In this document: piece after piece, positions 59,287 through 64,000 of the stretch
Position numbering within the stretch: the stretch's first letter is position 1
Layout of the letters: each line of letters begins with the position of its first letter
Notes under the pieces: model-generated
Told to the model about the DNA's origin: nothing
The model's database searches: none
Seen by the model: only the letters and a program-made list of their open reading frames with translations
DNA from: a virus
Strand: one strand, 5' to 3'
DNA: 64,000 bases
Virus record (IMG/VR): IMGVR_UViG_3300021963_007958
Translations under genes and position numbers: made by a program

Positions 59287-59945
59287 AAATCCTTTAAGTA
59301 GATTCTTGGGTTTACAAGGTTTAACCCGTTAGTCAGATCCTCTAGGACAACCTTCTCAGAGTAGGCAGTCGCATGGTACAGAGAGGCATCTGGAGCAATC
59401 AGAAGATCTGGGTCTTGGTCTTCCCCGTAGACAAGAGCAACTCCGCCTCCTGGAGGTCGATAGTCAGCTGAGGAGTATCGGATGCTCATGAACTTCTCCC
59501 TCAGAGATTCTAGGGCTTCCCCTAAAGTCTTTCCCTCTTCCTCTTGGTCTTTAAAGAACTCCTGGAGGGAGGGCTTGTCTAGGAAAGCAACAGCCTTTCT
59601 AGAACTAACACGGTCCAAGTTGTGCTTGTCTTCTGGGTCAAAGGGATTATCAGAGACTAGGCTAGCCCAGTCTTGTCCTTGAATGGTTGGTCTGATGAAG
59701 TCCCCATTGGACAGAGAGTCTAAGATTATCTCCTGGTCTCCCAAGAGGGTTCCGGTAGACCAGAAGGGATCCCCTAGAGCAATGGGAACTCTCAGCTTGT
59801 TGGTGTAGCCTGCATAGTAGGTAAAGCTTGGGATCTCTACCCAGAGGGAATAGGTCCTCTTTGCAGACTGACCGACGGTCTCTAGGTCCCCCAAGAGATC
59901 TTGGATCTCGTGGTCCTCATATTCTAGGATGTGTCTAAGTCTCAT
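59283..59945 (-). CDS. paralog family member (leader + tag + body)
   Basis: MRLRHILEYEDHEIQDLLGDLETVGQ; GATATATA at 59982-59989. Confidence 0.7.
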   Translation of the reverse strand: MRLRHILEYEDHEIQDLLGDLETVGQSAKRTYSLWVEIPSFTYYAGYTNKLRVPIALGDPFWSTGTLLGDQEIILDSLSNGDFIRPTIQGQDWASLVSDNPFDPEDKHNLDRVSSRKAVAFLDKPSLQEFFKDQEEEGKTLGEALESLREKFMSIRYSSADYRPPGGGVALVYGEDQDPDLLIAPDASLYHATAYSEKVVLEDLTNGLNLVNPRIYLKDL

Positions 59946-60243
59946 GGTTGATAGGGTACGGAAACATTGAATGATCCTACCTATATATCCCTCGTGCGTA
60001 CGGGTGGGCAGACGGGTCCGAGTTTATTCTATAGTACAGAGTTGTACCGTGGGTACAACTGAAGGAACGGAAATAAACAAATGCGGATCACGGAGGGTGG
60101 GAATGTGGATCAAATACCCCTGAAAGTGAGCTTGAAATTGGGGTGGGATGAGCTTGAAAGTCTGGGAAGGCTGGAAGGACTTGGTGTCTGGGAAAGACTG
60201 GAATGGTCTGGGAGGAGGTTGGAAAGACTGTCCAGCCAGCTTT

Positions 60244-60307
60244 CCTTATAAAGTGTCAAGTAGAACCTTACTAATATGTCAAATGAAACCTTACTAATAT
60301 GTCAAGT
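60244..60307. repeat. three iteron-like direct repeats, 23-bp period
   Basis: TGTCAA at 60254, 60277, 60300; AACCTTACTAATATGTCAA exact at 60264-60282 and 60287-60305. Confidence 0.85.
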
Positions 60308-60465
60308 GGCGAGGAGAATTGCTTAGCGTAGCCATGGGCTTGTTTCTATGGCCCTACGTGAGGCCCCCTCAAAAGGCCCTCCCAGGGGTCCCCCAGCTTA
60401 GCGTATATCCACCCCTGATAGGGTCCCTATACGTGAGGGGCCCTTAACCCTCTAGGAGGGACCCT

Positions 60466-60499
60466 AAAAAAGGCCCCCTCCATCACCTGAAGGGGGCCT
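60466..60499 (-). terminator. intrinsic terminator ending the small-gene cluster
   Basis: AGGCCCCCT...AGGGGGCCT stem + T-run on minus strand. Confidence 0.75.
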
Positions 60500-60533
60500 A
60501 AGTTCTACCTAATGTTGCTTTCCTGGTTCTGTT

Positions 60534-60842
60534 CTAGATGTCCTTGAAGTAGATCACCTCTACGGGACCTTCTCTGAAGCCTTCCTTTTGGATGATGACC
60601 CCGTGGACTAGCTTCCTGTCTGCTGGGTCTATGTTCCGCCACTTGGCTATGTAGCCGTACTTGTCTGCTGGGGCAAAGCCGATGGGCTCTGACCCACACA
60701 TGCTGCCTAGGGTTTGTCCCTCTGCCTTGACGTGGGCTGAGGCTGCATAGTAGGAGCTGAAGGTTCCTTCTTCGTTGAAGGTGATTCGCTTGGCAACTGG
60801 TCTGCCTAAGTAGGTGTCTTGGGTTTGAAGTGTGTCTGTCAT
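60534..60842 (-). CDS. hypothetical phage protein
   Basis: GTF.S..AA...GSMC..EPIG...IAKWRN...FR.GPV; CGTATATT upstream. Confidence 0.7.
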   Translation of the reverse strand: MTDTLQTQDTYLGRPVAKRITFNEEGTFSSYYAASAHVKAEGQTLGSMCGSEPIGFAPADKYGYIAKWRNIDPADRKLVHGVIIQKEGFREGPVEVIYFKDI

Positions 60843-60860
60843 ACGTGTGAATATACGGTC

Positions 60861-61349
60861 TTAGTCTACTGATTCGAAATCGATTCTGCTTCTCTCGGTT
60901 GAGTCTCCCTCGTACATCAGTTCTTCAAAGGCTTCCCCGTTGACTCCGTTCTCGTCTAGGAATTCGTTGCCTTCCTCGTCCTCATCGTCATAGTCTATGC
61001 CTCCCCCGTACTCTTCTACATATGCATCATAGCCTACTTCGTGGAGACTGTCGGTGATGTCGTCGTAGAACTCTTGATAGGTGGATGCCTTCTTGGCGGC
61101 GGCCACGATCTGATCTTTCTCCAGTACGTCCCCGATGTAGGCACCGTTGTCCTCTTCGGAGATCTGAACCTCGAAGGTTCCTTCTCTGAGGGCTTGAAGA
61201 ACTTTAGTCTCCTTGTCTGCTGAATCGGAAACCTTCTCCGAGAATGGGATGACGATGGATCTAGTTGTGAGACCCCAGTAGCCGGAGTAGTCGTCTTCGT
61301 TGGGTAGAACTCCGATAAAGTTGATGGCTGCTTTCTCTACTGTCTTCAT
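60861..61349 (-). CDS. untagged member of the 53-60 kb paralog family
   Basis: DKE..VLQAL..G.F and L.K..I...A....T..E body motifs without leader or tag. Confidence 0.6.
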   Translation of the reverse strand: MKTVEKAAINFIGVLPNEDDYSGYWGLTTRSIVIPFSEKVSDSADKETKVLQALREGTFEVQISEEDNGAYIGDVLEKDQIVAAAKKASTYQEFYDDITDSLHEVGYDAYVEEYGGGIDYDDEDEEGNEFLDENGVNGEAFEELMYEGDSTERSRIDFESVD

Positions 61350-61353
61350 ATGC

Positions 61354-61581
61354 TTAGGCTTCTGTCATTTCGTAAACTTGTGCAAGGGCTCCATCGCAGA
61401 AGAGGATGGAAAGGTCTTTCTTGTCCTTGCCTTCAAAGATGATGTTGAACATGCCGTCGTTGGCGTCGCAGATGTTGTCTTGGTCTAGTACCTCGATCTG
61501 GTTTTCGAATGTTGCTTCGAAGGTCTTGGCGTCCATTGTCTCGAGAGACTTAAGGGCTTGGGCTGTGGTAAACTTTTTCAT
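61354..61581 (-). CDS. hypothetical protein
   Basis: 75-aa ORF. Confidence 0.6.
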   Translation of the reverse strand: MKKFTTAQALKSLETMDAKTFEATFENQIEVLDQDNICDANDGMFNIIFEGKDKKDLSILFCDGALAQVYEMTEA

Positions 61582-61591
61582 GTGGTTGTTA

Positions 61592-61786
61592 TTATGTGGT
61601 AGAATATATGGTCTTGATCTTCCTCATTTTTGAAGAGGCGATTGTAATAGTCTTCTGTTTCATCCTTTTGAGTTCTCTCTTTATCTCCATCTCTTTGAGG
61701 ATTCTTTCTATCTCACTCAGAGCTTTCTGCATTCTCGGTGACTTGAGGGCTTCTGCTTTCTGCTTGATTGACTCGTCGTTGTTCAT
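61592..61786 (-). CDS. hypothetical protein
   Basis: 64-aa basic helical ORF; CGTATATT upstream. Confidence 0.55.
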   Translation of the reverse strand: MNNDESIKQKAEALKSPRMQKALSEIERILKEMEIKRELKRMKQKTITIASSKMRKIKTIYSTT

Positions 61787-61811
61787 GATGTGTTTGGTAG
61801 AATATACGGTC

Positions 61812-62036
61812 TTAGATTGGGAGCCGGCGGATTCTGTCTGTGATGGCCTTGACCCTCCCCCTCGGGGTGGGAGGTGTCTTTAGCCATTTTGTTCCAGTGT
61901 AGATGTAGGTCTGGGCTTCCCAGTCGAATTTACTTTGATCTATGAATTTGAAGATCTGACCCACGATGGGAGACTTTGGAAACTCTATCTGGGATTTCCC
62001 GTTGATCCACTTTGGGTAAATTAGTTTTGGGTACAT
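61812..62036 (-). CDS. hypothetical protein
   Basis: FP.SP.VGQ.F...Y.Y.G.KW motif. Confidence 0.55.
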   Translation of the reverse strand: MYPKLIYPKWINGKSQIEFPKSPIVGQIFKFIDQSKFDWEAQTYIYTGTKWLKTPPTPRGRVKAITDRIRRLPI

Positions 62037-62404
62037 TAGACCAGTCCGATGTCGTCGAGTGAGTTTACTAGGTTTTCGTCCTCTGCTTCTACCTTGATTA
62101 GGAGTTCCGCCGAAGCCTTAAGCTTTCCCCTGAAGTCTGACTCTCCGACTGGGGTTAACAGAACATTCTTCTGCATGGTCTTGTCTACTCTCCAGAGTCC
62201 CTTGCGGTTGCATCTCTCGGGAAGGTAGACTATGTCTCCGACCTGTAGGGCCTTGATAGCCTCTTTGGCTCTCTTGTTGATGTCCTTGTTGTACAGCTCC
62301 ACCTGACGGTTGAACTCCAGCAGTCTGAACCCGTACATGCGGTTGGCCTTGTTGGCCTTGGTCATCAGCCATTTTCTCTCTTGTAGGATTTCGTCTTTGG
62401 TCAT
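62036..62404 (-). CDS. SH3-like small protein with C-terminal tag
   Basis: LQVGDIV...V.K...K.V; ends NLVNSLDDIGLV. Confidence 0.6.
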   Translation of the reverse strand: MTKDEILQERKWLMTKANKANRMYGFRLLEFNRQVELYNKDINKRAKEAIKALQVGDIVYLPERCNRKGLWRVDKTMQKNVLLTPVGESDFRGKLKASAELLIKVEAEDENLVNSLDDIGLV

Positions 62405-62418
62405 GCTAGAATATACGG

Positions 62419-62814
62419 TTAGAATCTGCTGGGTTTAGCGTTCTTGTAATCTTCGATGATCTTCTCGTTGATGTCGTTGAGTTTCTTGTATTCTTCGATA
62501 TGCCCCTCGAGTCCCGTGCTGTAGTCCTTCTGTGCTTGGTACAGCTCCTTCATAGAAACTACGTGATCGTCGGACAGGGTCTTGTATTCTTCTAGAGACT
62601 TGATATAGTTGTCCTTCACCTCGATCTCGACTTCTTGTCTTCTCAAGAGCAAAGACATCACGATGGTGTTCCCGATCCAGAGAACCCAGTTGAGGGAGTT
62701 GTGCATATCCCTGTATTGGCCTTTGATTCCATAGTCGACGGCCGAGATGACGCACATGACAATTAGACCAATGCAGAGACCGATAAAGATTTTATCTGCT
62801 AGTCCCTTTCTCAT
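62419..62814 (-). CDS. membrane protein with coiled-coil tail
   Basis: Two hydrophobic helices followed by heptads. Confidence 0.6.
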   Translation of the reverse strand: MRKGLADKIFIGLCIGLIVMCVISAVDYGIKGQYRDMHNSLNWVLWIGNTIVMSLLLRRQEVEIEVKDNYIKSLEEYKTLSDDHVVSMKELYQAQKDYSTGLEGHIEEYKKLNDINEKIIEDYKNAKPSRF

Positions 62815-63071
62815 GCTTCCCCTCCTTCTGAGTCTACTGGTGTATTGAGGAACTTTAATAGGTTCTCCTTCTCCTCTTGAAGGTTGTGAGCCTTGCCTTC
62901 AAACATTAGGGCTAGGAACATCCAGACGAATAGGGTGAACGCCGAAGAGGCTTGGGTCATCTGGCCTGCCTCCAGGAAGATGATGATGAGGGCTAACTGA
63001 ATTCCGATCATTGCGATAACTGTGGCTCTAGCGATGAACCTGACGTCGATTTGTTGTAGTAGTGATTTCAT
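62811..63071 (-). CDS. small 2-TM membrane protein
   Basis: Two hydrophobic segments. Confidence 0.6.
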   Translation of the reverse strand: MKSLLQQIDVRFIARATVIAMIGIQLALIIIFLEAGQMTQASSAFTLFVWMFLALMFEGKAHNLQEEKENLLKFLNTPVDSEGGEA

Positions 63072-63078
63072 AATATTA

Positions 63079-63354
63079 TTAAATTGATACGTGATTTAAG
63101 AGGATGATGTAGAAGGGGATAACCCTTTTGTTGACTGAGTCTGCTCGGTTGTATGTTCTGGTGAGGTCGTTGTCGACTACCGCCTGAACAAACGATCCGC
63201 CCTGGATTCCTCCGTCTCTCGTCTGGAGGACTGAAACACCAACGTTGATGACGTGGCTCATCTCTTCTTCCGTGAGGGTGACCGAGATCTGGTTTCCATA
63301 CCATTGGTCGAACTCCTGCTTGACTCTGTCTTTGTATGTTTGTATGTCTTTCAT
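63079..63354 (-). CDS. hypothetical protein
   Basis: GGSFVQAV..NDL.....RAD..N. Confidence 0.65.
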   Translation of the reverse strand: MKDIQTYKDRVKQEFDQWYGNQISVTLTEEEMSHVINVGVSVLQTRDGGIQGGSFVQAVVDNDLTRTYNRADSVNKRVIPFYIILLNHVSI

Positions 63355-63396
63355 TTAATATAATATACGCTGGGGTGGGTTAGTTTTCTCTGTTGC

Positions 63397-63819
63397 TTAC
63401 AACTTGTTAACAAGTGCTTTATACTTCTCGTACTCTGATATTAGCTCAGTTTCCGGTAGGGTGACAACGAACTGGGCTGAGAAGGCGGTGAATGTCATCT
63501 GAAGCTCCAGACCAAACTCTCTTGCCATCCTCGGGTAGATGGTCATGTTCTCACCACCTTCGTCTGCGGTCAGAAGCTCCTCGATGGCTTCTTTGAATCT
63601 GCCTGCTTCTGGAAAGTATTCCAGGTTGGCCAGATTTGTCTCACTGCCTTTGTTCTTCTTCGACATGGCAGATCCCTTCCATGCTTTAGGGTTCTCTGGA
63701 TCTACCCTCATGTAGCCTTTCTTCTCCGCCAGAAACTTGAGCATATCACGGACGGTCGGGGTGTAGTGCCCGACCGTCTCTAAGTCTTCTGTTAGTGATT
63801 TGAATTCCTCTTCGGTCAT
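63397..63819 (-). CDS. hypothetical protein with N-terminal tag (start ATG 63819)
   Basis: MTEEEFKSLTEDLETVGH; CCCGTATATTTG-AAC-ATG. Confidence 0.65.
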   Translation of the reverse strand: MTEEEFKSLTEDLETVGHYTPTVRDMLKFLAEKKGYMRVDPENPKAWKGSAMSKKNKGSETNLANLEYFPEAGRFKEAIEELLTADEGGENMTIYPRMAREFGLELQMTFTAFSAQFVVTLPETELISEYEKYKALVNKL

Positions 63820-63838
63820 GTTCAAATATACGGGAGGA

Positions 63839-64000
63839 TTAGAATGGTGATTTAACGATGTTCGCCATGTCGTACTCTTTGGTGAGCATTCTGCCTGCCT
63901 CGACCTGCATTCTGCGACGGTCTGTGTCGTCGATGCGGAAGCCGTTGTCGTGGGTGGAGAAGTGGGTTAGACCGTTGATGACGTCCCAGATTGGAGTGCC
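63839..64000 (-). CDS. C-terminus of DUF932-like protein (partial)
   Basis: ...WDVINGLTHFSTH...RMQVEAGRML...PF*. Confidence 0.5.
   Translation of the reverse strand, partial: GTPIWDVINGLTHFSTHDNGFRIDDTDRRRMQVEAGRMLTKEYDMANIVKSPF

Noticed and set aside
60244-60307. Direct repeats as a CRISPR array or as sigma70 -35 boxes (TTGACA on minus strand)
   Set aside because: The 23-bp period leaves no spacers and no cas genes are present; no properly spaced -10 and no adjacent gene start.
41338-62404. Tag as DUF1127/SAM-domain fragment (L..DIGL)
   Set aside because: Only the last residues match; the Arg-rich DUF1127 context and spacing are missing, and N-terminal variants end GQ/GH.
730-63304. Many short ORFs in the track on the opposite strand or in alternative frames (e.g. 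730-1044, 9438-10571, 11042-12265, 39624-40034, 57478-57715, 58034-58507, 62118-62755)
   Set aside because: Shadows of longer, motif-bearing genes; no independent promoter or family signal.
1-64000. Bacterial chromosome origin, or stop-codon reassignment
   Set aside because: T4-like UvsX/gp41/gp47 block, late-promoter pattern and gene density indicate a phage; conserved genes are full length in code 11, with TAA, TAG and TGA all used as stops.

Overview
64-kb segment of a very large T4-like (jumbo) dsDNA phage. The host is most likely Bacteroidota: bS21 is Bacteroidota-type, SD sequences are essentially absent, and there are TAnnTTTG-like promoter boxes. Left to right: T4-type replication/recombination genes (gp47-like nuclease, gp41-like helicase, UvsX); glyA; three large helical proteins, two with peptidoglycan-binding modules; tRNA-Ser(UGA); a ~15-kb glycosylation island (GT6, GT11, GT7, GT47, GT2s, glf, DegT, methyltransferases); bS21 and ClpC; ferritin-like/flavoprotein genes; a MoxR-AAA/metallopeptidase/VWA trio; metF and cysK; RNA-end-processing enzymes; an array of paralogous accessory proteins; a repeat-rich non-coding control region (~59.95-60.5 kb); and small, GC-richer, probably early genes. 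The main unexplained signal is a pair of portable peptide tags grafted onto otherwise unrelated proteins. (i) A T4 capsid-targeting-sequence-like leader (MK-[HR]-h-x-x-[FY]-x-x-[FY]...[LIV]-x-E) occurs on ~20 proteins, mostly behind a GATATATA late-type promoter. (ii) An acidic helix tag, D-L-h-x-x-L-[SED]-[DST]-[IV]-G-[LQH], occurs at the N-terminus, C-terminus or inside 13 proteins, including variable LRR proteins. Also seen: a small structured RNA with its own promoter and terminator (57394-57482), an orphan 15-aa leader-only ORF, and two promoter classes that often imply near-leaderless mRNAs. All family calls come from motif recognition by eye; no database search was run.
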